DNA of 64,000 nt from a virus. Location of the stretch: IMG/VR virus record IMGVR_UViG_3300036770_002165, positions 31,598-95,597 of that record; one strand, 5' to 3'. Made by a program: the position numbers and the translations under genes. Below, one piece after another: positions 18,072-27,766 of this stretch (its first letter is position 1; each line of letters opens with the position of its first letter). The notes under the pieces are model-generated. The model was not told the DNA's origin. It made no database searches and worked only from the letters and a program-made list of their open reading frames with translations.

Positions 18072-18446
18072 TCATCCACCAATTAGGGTAAAGAGCAGGG
18101 CTTTTACGTCGAACTCGACGCCTTGAGCCGGGAGTAGAGACAGGTCCGCGCGATTCGGGATGCGTACGTTGGCCTCTCGGCACGGGGCACACCGGCAACC
18201 TTTTCGGTATGCCTCAACAGTACCGCACTGAAGCTTTACTGTTCCGCGACGTTCTTGCGGGGTCAACCCACCCCACATACCCCAGGTTTCCGACTTACCT
18301 GCCTCAAGACATTGCGCCCATACCGGACAGCGGTGGCACGCCAGCTTGGCAATGGTGTAGTACTCGTTGGGTGAGGACGACTCAAGGGGGGGATACCACA
18401 GGTCGGCGTTCTTGTGCCGACAGAGCGCGTCCCGCATCCACTCCAT
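18072..18446 (-). CDS. whiB: WhiB-family regulator with C-terminal CRC..C motif
   Basis: ALC...CHRCPVWAQCL...GMWGGLTPQER. Confidence 0.9.
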   Translation of the reverse strand: MEWMRDALCRHKNADLWYPPLESSSPNEYYTIAKLACHRCPVWAQCLEAGKSETWGMWGGLTPQERRGTVKLQCGTVEAYRKGCRCAPCREANVRIPNRADLSLLPAQGVEFDVKALLFTLIGG

Positions 18447-18868
18447 TACGAGTTGAGTGGACGTTCCTCTAGTATTACTTCATCAAACAGGCGCTCGTTT
18501 GAGAGTAGGTGCCGTGGGTGTGGTGAGGCGCTGCGACGAAACAGGCACACTGCGATAATCGCATACGTGGCGATGTCAAGGAGGCTGTCCTCGATCCCCT
18601 CGTTCTTGAGGGTAGATCCCTTAGCAGCCGATTGTAATCTGGCCACCTTGTCGCTTACCCGCATCATTGCCCCAACCCATGGCTCGATACCCCAATTAGC
18701 GGATGCGCTTACGTTTGCAAAGAAGTCCTCGTCGGTGCCGTAGTCCGCACCCTTGCGGCGGTGCATCTCAAGAACCTCTTCAACGACTGTTTCAAACTCT
18801 GGGCTACCGTTGGTGATCGCTGGTTCTAGGGCCCGAATCATGGCTTGCCTCATTTCTTGAAAGTCCAT
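18446..18868 (-). CDS. DUF1599/nucleotide-modification-associated domain protein
   Basis: K.ADYG...R.SDKVARL...EGIEDSLLDIATYAII. Confidence 0.75.
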   Translation of the reverse strand: MDFQEMRQAMIRALEPAITNGSPEFETVVEEVLEMHRRKGADYGTDEDFFANVSASANWGIEPWVGAMMRVSDKVARLQSAAKGSTLKNEGIEDSLLDIATYAIIAVCLFRRSASPHPRHLLSNERLFDEVILEERPLNS

Positions 18869-19185
18869 CAGTGTGTGTGGGCGTGTGTCGGGCCGTTATG
18901 GAGATAGGCGTGTACAGCGTTACGTACCCATTCCTGAAGGAACGAGGAGTTGATCATCGGTAGGATCTCGTGTGTTAGATCTACAACTTCATTGCCGACA
19001 GTGAGTGTAACTTGTGTTAGTTCTCTGTACCGACGAAACTCAGCTGCCTGAGCAGCGATGAACTCTGAGGCATCACGGAGGATGTCCGCGATGTCCTGTA
19101 CGGTGTAACTCGTCATATCCGAGATCAGGTCATCAGCCGTCTCGGCAAGAGACTTAGCGTATTGGTATGCGTCAATGGGTTCCAT
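18868..19185 (-). CDS. hypothetical protein
   Basis: AAGGAG RBS. Confidence 0.7.
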   Translation of the reverse strand: MEPIDAYQYAKSLAETADDLISDMTSYTVQDIADILRDASEFIAAQAAEFRRYRELTQVTLTVGNEVVDLTHEILPMINSSFLQEWVRNAVHAYLHNGPTHAHTH

Positions 19186-19220
19186 GTATGCTCCTTGTTA
19201 GGCCCGTGATACTACAGGTT

Positions 19221-20657
19221 CTACTGCTGCTCGTCAATGTTTATTACGTTGGCTATGAAGTTATCTGTACGAGAGGCATCTAACCCGCCTCCCGGTAACT
19301 GCCTGGATATCTCCCCGGCCTTTTGGCCAAAGAGCCTAGAAAGTACACCGGCACTACCGCGGGCCTCGACCTCAATACGCATCATGTCGCGGGTGTCAGA
19401 GATATTCTTAAACTTGTCAACCAAGGCAAAGAGGCGATCCATCTCTGATGAAAGGGCTGGGTCAAGACCTTGTCCCTCAAGTTCCTCAGCAAACCGAGCA
19501 AACAAAACTCGGCTTGCCTGCATCTCAATTAACGCCTGCAGCATGGCGGTCAGCTGGTCCTTGGTGCGTATCTCCACAGGCAACTTGTAACCACAATCAG
19601 AATGTTCGCGGAATGCAGGACAACGAGATGCTAGATAGCAACTATCACACTGGCGTAGAGGACCCGATTGATACCTGATTACGGGGGTCTCTTGGGGGTC
19701 CACTTCAATGTATTCACCCTGGTCATAGTCGGTTTGAGTACCAACCGAGACTATGTTCTCTATACCGATTACCGGTAGTAATACGCGTTCCCCCTCGTGC
19801 CGCCTTTCTAGGGGCGCGGTAGTAATAGGTGATGCTTTGGGAACCAGTTTAGGTGGGGTATGGGTTTCAGGGGTCATAGTAACTATTTCCCCTGTTTCGT
19901 TGTTTACGAACTCTTCTTCGTCGTCATCAACCTGGGGGTCATAGGCCCTAATTGTGGACTCTTCCCACGCCAACCACGAGCGGATGGCAAGTGTACCCAT
20001 TGCACTAACATCGTCTTCCATAACAGCGTCGTAGTCGACTCCGAGACGGATGATGTCTGGGCGGTGCTTCTTGCGAGACGACTCTTTCTGCTGGGCCGGG
20101 TACCGCCGTAGCCCGTGCCCATCCCATACCTGGGTTTCCCCGTAGCGAATAACGGAAGTCCAGGAGCCGACGACTACCGCTGACCAAGGTAGGGATTCGA
20201 TAACGTCTGGCTTACTTGTTAAACCAATTAAGGAGGCTCCCCACCGCTGCGAGAGGGAGCGGATGCGCGGGGCGGTCTTAGCGTTGATTGCTTTGTCGGA
20301 TATGGCGGCTCGCCCGTATCGTTGGCATAACCACGCTAGACGCTCTAGGTCGTCCCCGTCAGACCACAGGGGTATGTATTTATCGCCCATCCAGTCACCG
20401 TCATAGCCAGGACGACCTATGACGAAAGAGAGATCATCGATGTGTTCCCGAACGAAGTCCGTATACCGGTTCTCATCCTCATCACCTTCTGAGGTGTACA
20501 ACAGAACCTCAGCACCATTGAACACGGTAGGGACGTGGAACTCCTTCACCTTGGGGATAGGCAAGTGGGTAAGGTTGACCGCCATGCTTTGTACGCCGTT
20601 AGCGATAAGCATGTTTCTGTGGGCACCCTTTTCAGCTCCGCCCAGGAATACCTTCAT
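19221..20657 (-). CDS. hypothetical protein; possible degenerate TGT/DpdA-like N-domain plus 4-Cys domain
   Basis: LPWSAVVVGSWTSVIRYG; CDSCYLASRCPAF...C. Confidence 0.6.
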   Translation of the reverse strand: MKVFLGGAEKGAHRNMLIANGVQSMAVNLTHLPIPKVKEFHVPTVFNGAEVLLYTSEGDEDENRYTDFVREHIDDLSFVIGRPGYDGDWMGDKYIPLWSDGDDLERLAWLCQRYGRAAISDKAINAKTAPRIRSLSQRWGASLIGLTSKPDVIESLPWSAVVVGSWTSVIRYGETQVWDGHGLRRYPAQQKESSRKKHRPDIIRLGVDYDAVMEDDVSAMGTLAIRSWLAWEESTIRAYDPQVDDDEEEFVNNETGEIVTMTPETHTPPKLVPKASPITTAPLERRHEGERVLLPVIGIENIVSVGTQTDYDQGEYIEVDPQETPVIRYQSGPLRQCDSCYLASRCPAFREHSDCGYKLPVEIRTKDQLTAMLQALIEMQASRVLFARFAEELEGQGLDPALSSEMDRLFALVDKFKNISDTRDMMRIEVEARGSAGVLSRLFGQKAGEISRQLPGGGLDASRTDNFIANVINIDEQQ

Positions 20658-21127
20658 ACATCCCTCCACGAGCGCTCAGCAGCCTTCAGGGCCTGTGTGT
20701 CAATTTCATCTACAAGTGAGCCCCACTCCCTGATCTTCCTACCCGTATCCCATTCGGGGCGAACGATATATGGTACGGCTGCTACCAATGTGGGGATGCC
20801 CAGCTTGATGGTCTCGGCGCATGTCCTGGCGTCGTTGTCTATGTACCAGTTAATCTTGCCCGCGGCTGACCCAATGCGGTGTACTTTTTCCGCTTTGAGA
20901 ACTGGGTCTTCCTCGTCTAAAAAGTCAAGCATTGATGCCTTGAACTGTTCCCGTTTAAGCCAGTCCATAAATTGCGAGCGGTCATATACCTCGTCGCATA
21001 CAACAATTATACGGCCCATGTACTTATCAAACATGGCACCCCACAGGGCTCTGCCGTCTGAGTCGGGTTGCCGTAGCGACAGGTTCTCAGCTGGCCTTGC
21101 CAGGACAGCAAAGTTAAAGACGATCAC
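20654..21127 (-). CDS. hypothetical protein, possibly HAD-like without DxD
   Basis: MIVFNFAVL start, WYIDND. Confidence 0.55.
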   Translation of the reverse strand: MIVFNFAVLARPAENLSLRQPDSDGRALWGAMFDKYMGRIIVVCDEVYDRSQFMDWLKREQFKASMLDFLDEEDPVLKAEKVHRIGSAAGKINWYIDNDARTCAETIKLGIPTLVAAVPYIVRPEWDTGRKIREWGSLVDEIDTQALKAAERSWRDV

Positions 21128-21582
21128 CCGTCGTACATCCCCTTAGCCTTACGTACCTTATGAATAACGTAAGCGGATGCTGGGCAGTAATGGCATAGGT
21201 ATTGGAGGTTCTCCTTAGGCACACCGATAGTGCGGCCAATCACCTTAGACCCATCCTCATAATCTGGACACATTCCAGATGGCCGGTTATGCTTGTTGAA
21301 GCACTTAAGGGCTTCAACCTTGAGGTCATCGCGTACTTCTCGTACTTCCCACTCGTTCTTGAGGAGCTCTTTTTGGATCTGAGTTTCATTGCCCAGCTTT
21401 TCCCAGGTCTTCTCGTCTACCCGGAAGATAAGGGATAGGTGGGAGTCAGGGTTCTGATCCGATGCCTGGCCGAGGTGGCGTTTGATTAGTTCCTGGAGCT
21501 CCATGTCGTAGTCAGGAGGGCCGTCATAGTCGTGCATCTTATACATGGTGCCGCAAGAACGGCAGGCCAGAAGCCTGGGCAT
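21124..21582 (-). CDS. Cys-rich hypothetical protein
   Basis: CRSC; CF..HNRP...CPDY; LCHYCP. Confidence 0.7.
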   Translation of the reverse strand: MPRLLACRSCGTMYKMHDYDGPPDYDMELQELIKRHLGQASDQNPDSHLSLIFRVDEKTWEKLGNETQIQKELLKNEWEVREVRDDLKVEALKCFNKHNRPSGMCPDYEDGSKVIGRTIGVPKENLQYLCHYCPASAYVIHKVRKAKGMYDG

Positions 21583-21606
21583 ATTGTGCTCCTAATTAGC
21601 GATTAA

Positions 21607-21831
21607 TCAGTCTTCAGCGTAGCCTGATTCGTACTCGTGGTCAAGTACCTTAGGTGTAACACCCTTCATCATATCAGTTACGTTGTATTGTGCCTGTAGT
21701 AATCCGGACCGCACGTTGGCGTGTGACTCGTCGACTTCACCACCGCGGTCTGGAGTGAGGTTCTTCAGACGCCCATCATTTGTGCCGAGGTGGAGGTCGT
21801 TGTTCATCGAGCGGGAGTCGTTGATAGCCAT
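21607..21831 (-). CDS. hypothetical protein
   Basis: AAGGA RBS. Confidence 0.6.
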   Translation of the reverse strand: MAINDSRSMNNDLHLGTNDGRLKNLTPDRGGEVDESHANVRSGLLQAQYNVTDMMKGVTPKVLDHEYESGYAED

Positions 21832-21847
21832 AGCGGGTCCTTATCTG

Positions 21848-22798
21848 TCAGAGCTTCTTGCCGAAACCGCGGTTACCTTTACCGCGGCCACGGTTGCGTG
21901 GTTGGTTGGGGCGCTGTGAAGCGCCTGCTGCTCCGGTTCGTCGCTGTGTGGTGGTCTGCTGTCCTGCTGCCATGTTTGATGCTCCCTGTTGGTGTTGTGA
22001 GAAGGTTGGGGAATCCCAAATGTCACCGGAACCCCAAATGTCATCAGATCCTACACTATAGGTGGACGCGCCGCTAGTGGATTGCGTTACTGGTGTTCCC
22101 CAAATGTCATCCGTGGGACCACCAGTTGTAGCGCTCTGTGTCATCGGGAATGACCCGAGAAGGTTAACTTCTCTATTGGCCGTGGGCCTACGCAGTGGCG
22201 ATTTAGCCCCTGGTTGCATAGGGCCTTGCTGCATACCTGTCTGCAGGGATTCTGCAGTTCCCATAGTGCGCCCAGCAAACTCCCCCAGACGAGCAGACTT
22301 TGCAGCTGCGGCTTGCTTGTCTGCACGTGCCTGCTGACGAGAACGGATGTTCTGTATACGCTCTGCTCGCTGTTGCTTTCCACGGTAATTTTGGTAAATG
22401 GGTGTGCCACCAAAACGAAAGTCAAGATCTGGGTCAGCCCCAGGCATACGGTCCATGGCAAAGTTGGCCGCTGTCTTGCCCAACTGTGCAGTCATACCGG
22501 CGGTGTTGGCGAGTGTTCGGTAATTGTACCCACCTGGGTTAGATGGGGTTCCACCACCACCGGGGCCGCTGATTGATACTGATCCTGAGCCAGTGTTATA
22601 CCCCCAGTTACCTCCTGGCGCGGAGGAGGGGCTACCGAGTGTCGTGCGGTATCCGGGCTGATCAAGGTAGCTCCAGATGTCGTCCTCACGGCCACCGTAA
22701 CGCATGGCCATAATACGGGAGAAAGTATCGACGTTGCTGGCGTTACCCGCCATCGGGGTAGACGACCATCCTGGATTTTGTGCCTGCATTACCATCAT
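21848..22798 (-). CDS. G/S/Q/T-rich low-complexity protein
   Basis: 316-aa ORF with repeated DDIW motif. Confidence 0.65.
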   Translation of the reverse strand: MMVMQAQNPGWSSTPMAGNASNVDTFSRIMAMRYGGREDDIWSYLDQPGYRTTLGSPSSAPGGNWGYNTGSGSVSISGPGGGGTPSNPGGYNYRTLANTAGMTAQLGKTAANFAMDRMPGADPDLDFRFGGTPIYQNYRGKQQRAERIQNIRSRQQARADKQAAAAKSARLGEFAGRTMGTAESLQTGMQQGPMQPGAKSPLRRPTANREVNLLGSFPMTQSATTGGPTDDIWGTPVTQSTSGASTYSVGSDDIWGSGDIWDSPTFSQHQQGASNMAAGQQTTTQRRTGAAGASQRPNQPRNRGRGKGNRGFGKKL

Positions 22799-23094
22799 GA
22801 ACTCCAGAGACTGCTCATTGAATACCGACCAGAACCGGAGAACGAACCGTCCTCAAATGAAGTACGCATTACTGGCATACCGGATACCCAGGACCTATAT
22901 GAGGGAGCGCCGTAGCGGCTGGTGTTGAGCACACTAATGATGGTGTGCTCTTGGCGAGCAAAACCAAGACGATCTGGGAAAAGAACCTGGGGTACGACAG
23001 GGCGTGTTTGCCTAATGGTCTCTGGATCGCTGATCGCGGATTCCAGGGCCAGGTCAGTAAGCATCTCCTGCCGTGTAGTCCAAGGCTTAGGCAC
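22795..23094 (-). CDS. hypothetical protein
   Basis: Fits gene tiling. Confidence 0.6.
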   Translation of the reverse strand: MPKPWTTRQEMLTDLALESAISDPETIRQTRPVVPQVLFPDRLGFARQEHTIISVLNTSRYGAPSYRSWVSGMPVMRTSFEDGSFSGSGRYSMSSLWSS

Positions 23095-23096
23095 TA

Positions 23097-23261
23097 TTAG
23101 TACCCTTGTGAGTTAGCGTTGTCCCCACGACCAGCGCCCATGCCACCACGAATAGTCCCCTTGATCTTTCGCGGCTTAGGTGCAGGTGCAGTAGTTGAAT
23201 CAAACCGCTCGGTTTGATCTCCTTCTGGCATTCCCTGTGGATTATAAGATCCTGATCCCAT
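23097..23261 (-). CDS. small hypothetical protein (54 aa, not in ORF track)
   Basis: MGSGSYNPQG...NSQGY; TGATG coupling. Confidence 0.55.
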   Translation of the reverse strand: MGSGSYNPQGMPEGDQTERFDSTTAPAPKPRKIKGTIRGGMGAGRGDNANSQGY

Positions 23262-23425
23262 CACTTACCTCGCTTTTTAATAGCAGCGTTGGCTGCCCTA
23301 ATTGCTTTAGCATCGTCTCCTGTAGATTTTAGCACCTTATTTGCTACAGCAGACCACTGCTTCTTCTCAGCATTGGTGTTTACTTTTTTATTCTTTTTAG
23401 GTGCGTCAGATGGTTTCCAGGGCAT
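23261..23425 (-). CDS. small basic ChaB-like protein (54 aa, not in ORF track)
   Basis: MPWKPSDAP...KQWSAVANKVL..GDDAKAIRAANA. Confidence 0.6.
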   Translation of the reverse strand: MPWKPSDAPKKNKKVNTNAEKKQWSAVANKVLKSTGDDAKAIRAANAAIKKRGK

Positions 23426-23426
23426 G

Positions 23427-23936
23427 TCATCTCCACGGTGGTGCTAGGCGCTTTAGCTTGCTGCGGCGCTCCATGTTGACGACTTCCTGCTGGGGCCGAG
23501 ACAACCCACGTGGAATACCGCGGGGGCCGGTCTTACCGTCGTTGGTAAGACGCACAGGCTCCGCCCCAGGTGGGGCGAACTTCTTGCCCTGAGCCTGCAA
23601 CTGCAGGCCGGTCAGGGGATTGAACTCCTGTGGCCAGATGTAATCACCCTGGTTGATGCGCTCACCTTTGTGCACGCCACGTGAATACGGTCTGGTGTTG
23701 GAACGCATTACCGCATTTGTCAACTTATCTTGACGGCGATTAGAGGACATTGTCCCCAAATACCCGTCTGGGTACTGCACATCAGGAGATGCGCCCCAAG
23801 CGGCAAGCTGCTGGTCCTTACCGTTACGGAATACTGGGGCGGGTCCAAGCAGGGGCTGGCTGGTATTGGCATATGGGTCGTAACCCCCACCCCAATCAGT
23901 AAAAGTCTGTTGGTTAGCCACGGCTATTCGCACCAC
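23427..23936 (-). CDS. hypothetical protein
   Basis: YPDGYLGT...RRQDKL...RGVHKGERI. Confidence 0.7.
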   Translation of the reverse strand: MVRIAVANQQTFTDWGGGYDPYANTSQPLLGPAPVFRNGKDQQLAAWGASPDVQYPDGYLGTMSSNRRQDKLTNAVMRSNTRPYSRGVHKGERINQGDYIWPQEFNPLTGLQLQAQGKKFAPPGAEPVRLTNDGKTGPRGIPRGLSRPQQEVVNMERRSKLKRLAPPWR

Positions 23937-24187
23937 CCATGCTGTTCAAGATGGAAGCCTGCCCACCTCCTGTGGGGGGAACTGGGCGCGGCTTCTTCTT
24001 GATCTTGCGCTTCTTAGAATCAGTAGTCTTCTTTGACGCCAAATCGACCATGCTCCTTGCGTCGTTGTTTGCTTTGATGGACTACTTCTTCTTCGTATAA
24101 CTCATCAAACTGATCTTCATAGTCTGGTGAGTTAGCTAGTTTGTACCAGTCTTTTTGTGAATGTTTTGTCATATAGATAATAAATAT

Positions 24188-26392
24188 TTAGGGCTGCTGG
24201 CGGCGCTTCTTCTCTTCTGCCTTTTGCAAGTTGTAATTATAATTAGACAAGCCTCGTTGGTATGCCCCAACCATACCCCCGCGTGACTCAAACGGTGCTA
24301 CGTGTAACGCCCTGTTGCGCATTTCAAAATCAGTAGGCTGATCCTTGGGAGCCTTAAACTCCTCCATTGCACCGGTCTCTTCGCTGTACTGTAGTGGCGG
24401 CATAGGTCCGGTTCCGGGAACTACTGGGTACGCCTTCTTGGGCGGTTGGCTTAGCGCTGCAACAGCTTGCTGGTATGTTGCAACGAACTGCTGGCCTCGC
24501 ATTGCCTGACGGGCGGCAATACCCTCTGGTGACTTGTAGAGAGCGGCCTGAGCGTTGCGGGCAACATCCTGGGCTACACGCTGGTCACCACCTGCTGGTG
24601 CGGGCCCTTGCTCTGGTGCAGGAGGGGCTGCTGGGGCTGGGCGTGTGCGTGGCGTTACGCCAGGCGAAACCTCAGTACCACGACGCCACATTGGCACTTC
24701 GCCACGCTCCCATTTAATAGTGTCGCTGGGGCCGACTGTGCCGGTGTACATACCAGCCTCTAGGGCGGCTCCGGCACGCGGGCTGCGCTGTTTCAGTTCT
24801 GCAATACCACGGAGTGATGGGGTTGGCATTGACCGGCCTGGGTCGCTGCGCCGCCCCAAATTACTGCGTCGGTAATCGAAGGGGACGGGAAGTCCCTTGC
24901 CATCCTGTCCCTGCAGCTCAATATCATATGGCTGTTCGCCGCCAATACGAGGACCACCTTCGGCAAGGGGGCGCAGTTCAGAGTAGGTCTTTAGACCAAG
25001 GGGTTGCTCTGCGACTTCGATCTCACCAATAGCAGATGTAATTTCATCAATACCCATGGTGTTGATCATTTGCTTTGTGGTCCCCCGAAAGCCAGCCTTC
25101 TGGTATTCACGAAGATTTGATTGCAATAGGTCTGTACGCATTGGCGTGCCAGTGGGGTTAGCAGGGTCAACATCAGCACTTACTGGGTTTACCAGGCGGG
25201 CGGCCTGCCCTGAGCTAGTGCGTGAGGTTTTTGCTTTCGGGATATACGTAACCCCAACTTTTCCGCTGCGCCTTTCGCGACGGCGACCAACTACCTCGCG
25301 TAGCGCCCCTTCGTCAGTCAGGGGGTCCATGATGTATGGTTCATCGGGGTCGTCTGGATTGGGTGTAATCCGAAATCCTTCACGAGTTTTCAATGGGACA
25401 TTACGTTGAACATCTCGAACCACTGATCCAACTGCAGATCGCGTTGTTTCTGGGCTGACAGGTGCTTGCCCGAACATAGCTCCGAGGCCACTTACAACCT
25501 GAGATGCCTCCGAGGCTTCCTCCTGTGTTGGGAACGTTATACGTTGTCCAGTGAGATCTCTACCAACCTTGGGGTCCCATGCTTTTATAGCAGCAGCATC
25601 AGCGGCACTCGGGGATGGGCCTGGACGACCGCCTCCGAGGATCATCGGACTGCGGCGTTGTGTCTTTTCAAAATACTCTGGCTGTTTAACTTCCTTAACA
25701 AGACGTGTCCTCTGAGCGCCTTCGGTGATGCCGATTGACTTCTCAAGTGATCCGATTGAGTATGGCTTTGGCTTATCAAATCCCGCAGGACGGTCGGCGC
25801 TTCCAACAACTACGTCTGCCTCTGGTGTGGTATCGCTAGCGGCGCGCTTGATCTGTGTGCGTCGAGCCGTTTTTGGATCCGGGCTCATAATACGTGGTGT
25901 CTCGGCAGCACGGCCAATCGACTCCTGCTTAAGAATGTCTCCTACTGGAGTGCCCGCTCGCCGCGAAGGCATATTACGCCCCAAAACGCGAGATGAAACA
26001 TTTGCTCCTGGTAGGAACCCCTGAAGGGAAGTGTCCCGAGCAGTAGCGTAATCAGCTAGTACACGCGCTGGGTCATCACTGAACTGGGTTGATAGATAGT
26101 CAGGATCAGAAATATCGATGTCCTGCCCTACATCAAGAGCCGATCGCAGGCCAGTGCTGATATCAGGGGTTTCATCTTCTTCGAGCCCGACGCTGACCAT
26201 CCCGCCTTCGGTGGGATCGTAGTCTTCGACTGATCCTCCTGATAGGGCAATGTCTGATTCAGCACGCTGTTTCCGCAGGCGACGAGCTTCATCAACGCGC
26301 GCCTCAGCCTGGAGTCGCTGCTTTGTCTTTTGGCCTGTTAGCTTAGCGCGACGATTTGCAGGAGCGCTTACTCGCTTTTTCTTTGAAGCCAT
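24188..26392 (-). CDS. large P/G/R-rich, probably disordered protein
   Basis: 734-aa ORF, GAGG RBS, no domain recognised. Confidence 0.7.
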   Translation of the reverse strand: MASKKKRVSAPANRRAKLTGQKTKQRLQAEARVDEARRLRKQRAESDIALSGGSVEDYDPTEGGMVSVGLEEDETPDISTGLRSALDVGQDIDISDPDYLSTQFSDDPARVLADYATARDTSLQGFLPGANVSSRVLGRNMPSRRAGTPVGDILKQESIGRAAETPRIMSPDPKTARRTQIKRAASDTTPEADVVVGSADRPAGFDKPKPYSIGSLEKSIGITEGAQRTRLVKEVKQPEYFEKTQRRSPMILGGGRPGPSPSAADAAAIKAWDPKVGRDLTGQRITFPTQEEASEASQVVSGLGAMFGQAPVSPETTRSAVGSVVRDVQRNVPLKTREGFRITPNPDDPDEPYIMDPLTDEGALREVVGRRRERRSGKVGVTYIPKAKTSRTSSGQAARLVNPVSADVDPANPTGTPMRTDLLQSNLREYQKAGFRGTTKQMINTMGIDEITSAIGEIEVAEQPLGLKTYSELRPLAEGGPRIGGEQPYDIELQGQDGKGLPVPFDYRRSNLGRRSDPGRSMPTPSLRGIAELKQRSPRAGAALEAGMYTGTVGPSDTIKWERGEVPMWRRGTEVSPGVTPRTRPAPAAPPAPEQGPAPAGGDQRVAQDVARNAQAALYKSPEGIAARQAMRGQQFVATYQQAVAALSQPPKKAYPVVPGTGPMPPLQYSEETGAMEEFKAPKDQPTDFEMRNRALHVAPFESRGGMVGAYQRGLSNYNYNLQKAEEKKRRQQP

Positions 26393-26450
26393 TAATGTAA
26401 CCTCACCGACTAAATGGGATATGAATAGATATTACCACTTTGTGGAGGTG

Positions 26451-26735
26451 TTAACGGATTACAGGCTTAAAGGTTATGGCAGAGATAACCTCACCATTCT
26501 CGCCCTTTATGTCATCAAATCCGATAACAAACGAGAGGTCAATCCCTCGCGGTGCGGCAAACCCGCGAGCAATAGCGCAGGCTTTGGCGGCCTGGTTAAC
26601 TGCGCTGGCACCGATGGCCCGCATCTTGGGGGCCTGCCCTGCTACAACCGCTCGGGCTACGATCGAGCCCACACTCTGGGGGTTGCTCGTACCGGAAACC
26701 TTTATTACGTCATCTACCGATAGCTCTTGAGACAT
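26451..26735 (-). CDS. spoVS: SpoVS-family protein
   Basis: KVS..SNP.SV...AIGASAVNQA.KA.AIARGF.AP.GIDL. Confidence 0.9.
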   Translation of the reverse strand: MSQELSVDDVIKVSGTSNPQSVGSIVARAVVAGQAPKMRAIGASAVNQAAKACAIARGFAAPRGIDLSFVIGFDDIKGENGEVISAITFKPVIR

Positions 26736-26777
26736 TGTGTACTCCGTTATACTCTTATGGACCTACGTCCATAAATA

Positions 26778-27137
26778 CTAGGAGTAACCGGCCTCTTTTA
26801 ACAGTTCAACCAAGTCACTAAGGCGCATAACAACGTATGAATCACCCAACGCTTTTTCCCCTTTACCAGGGCGTTTAACAACCAGGGCAGGGGCGGCATT
26901 ACCCAGGTTAGCTGCCTGCTCTACCGTGGCATCTAACCACGCACTCAACGAGAACGCCTTCTGGTTCTTGCACTGTACGGCTACCTGTCGATTGGGGCCC
27001 TTGATCCCATTGATATCCCCCGTATCGCCGCCGCCCTTTAGTACGGTCCGCTGTGCCTCGGGGAAACCGTTGTCGTTTAGGTACTGACGTACAAGGGTTT
27101 CAAACGCTGTGCCCTTTTGCTTAGCTCGGTTGCCCAT
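26778..27137 (-). CDS. Holliday junction resolvase (PD-(D/E)xK)
   Basis: KQKGTAFE...DTGDI...AVQCKN. Confidence 0.8.
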   Translation of the reverse strand: MGNRAKQKGTAFETLVRQYLNDNGFPEAQRTVLKGGGDTGDINGIKGPNRQVAVQCKNQKAFSLSAWLDATVEQAANLGNAAPALVVKRPGKGEKALGDSYVVMRLSDLVELLKEAGYS

Positions 27138-27294
27138 CGGCTGCTGTCCTACGGCGTTTATATGCTTCGTTAATTATTTCTGGCTGGCGTCCGCATAGTC
27201 CACACACGCCCATACGCAGATAGGGTATGTGGGGCCAGTCCCTGCAACATCTTGCTGTTTTGAGATCTTCGTATACTATGTAGTCGTTATCCAC
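27121..27294 (-). CDS. small Cys-rich protein
   Basis: CC...CGLC; start uncertain. Confidence 0.45.
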   Translation of the reverse strand: MDNDYIVYEDLKTARCCRDWPHIPYLRMGVCGLCGRQPEIINEAYKRRRTAADGQPS

Positions 27295-27616
27295 CGTTGT
27301 TCGTTTCCTGCATGTACATACGGATGCGCTCGCGCAAATTAAAGACCTCATTACGTAGATGTAGAATCTCTTCTTCTCGATCATTAACGGTGTTCATTAG
27401 CTGTCGAGCAATATCCGCGTTATGGGCTGCCTGCTCGCGGTACCTAAGGGTGTCCTCTTGCTGTGCGTCTAGCATGGCCTTCAGTATGTCTCGGATTTCT
27501 CCGAGAGTGTCGTTAGATCGCATCTGCTGGCCCAGTTCGTTACTGCGACGTAGCTGCTCGTTTGCTTCCTTGGCTGCTGCACGGCCAAGCTCATCCCATG
27601 TTGGGCTAAACGTCAT
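27287..27616 (-). CDS. coiled-coil protein
   Basis: Heptad pattern. Confidence 0.65.
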   Translation of the reverse strand: MTFSPTWDELGRAAAKEANEQLRRSNELGQQMRSNDTLGEIRDILKAMLDAQQEDTLRYREQAAHNADIARQLMNTVNDREEEILHLRNEVFNLRERIRMYMQETNNGG

Positions 27617-27766
27617 GATTGACCCTTTTTCTTTTCAAGCTTCTTTAAAGTCTTCATAGCCTTTTTATACTCTTTTTTGTAGATGTAAGAGTAGTTAGCT
27701 GATCTTTTTAGGCGGCCAAAGATGTTGTAGGCCTTAAATGGTTTGGGCGTCTTTTCTTGTTCCAAT

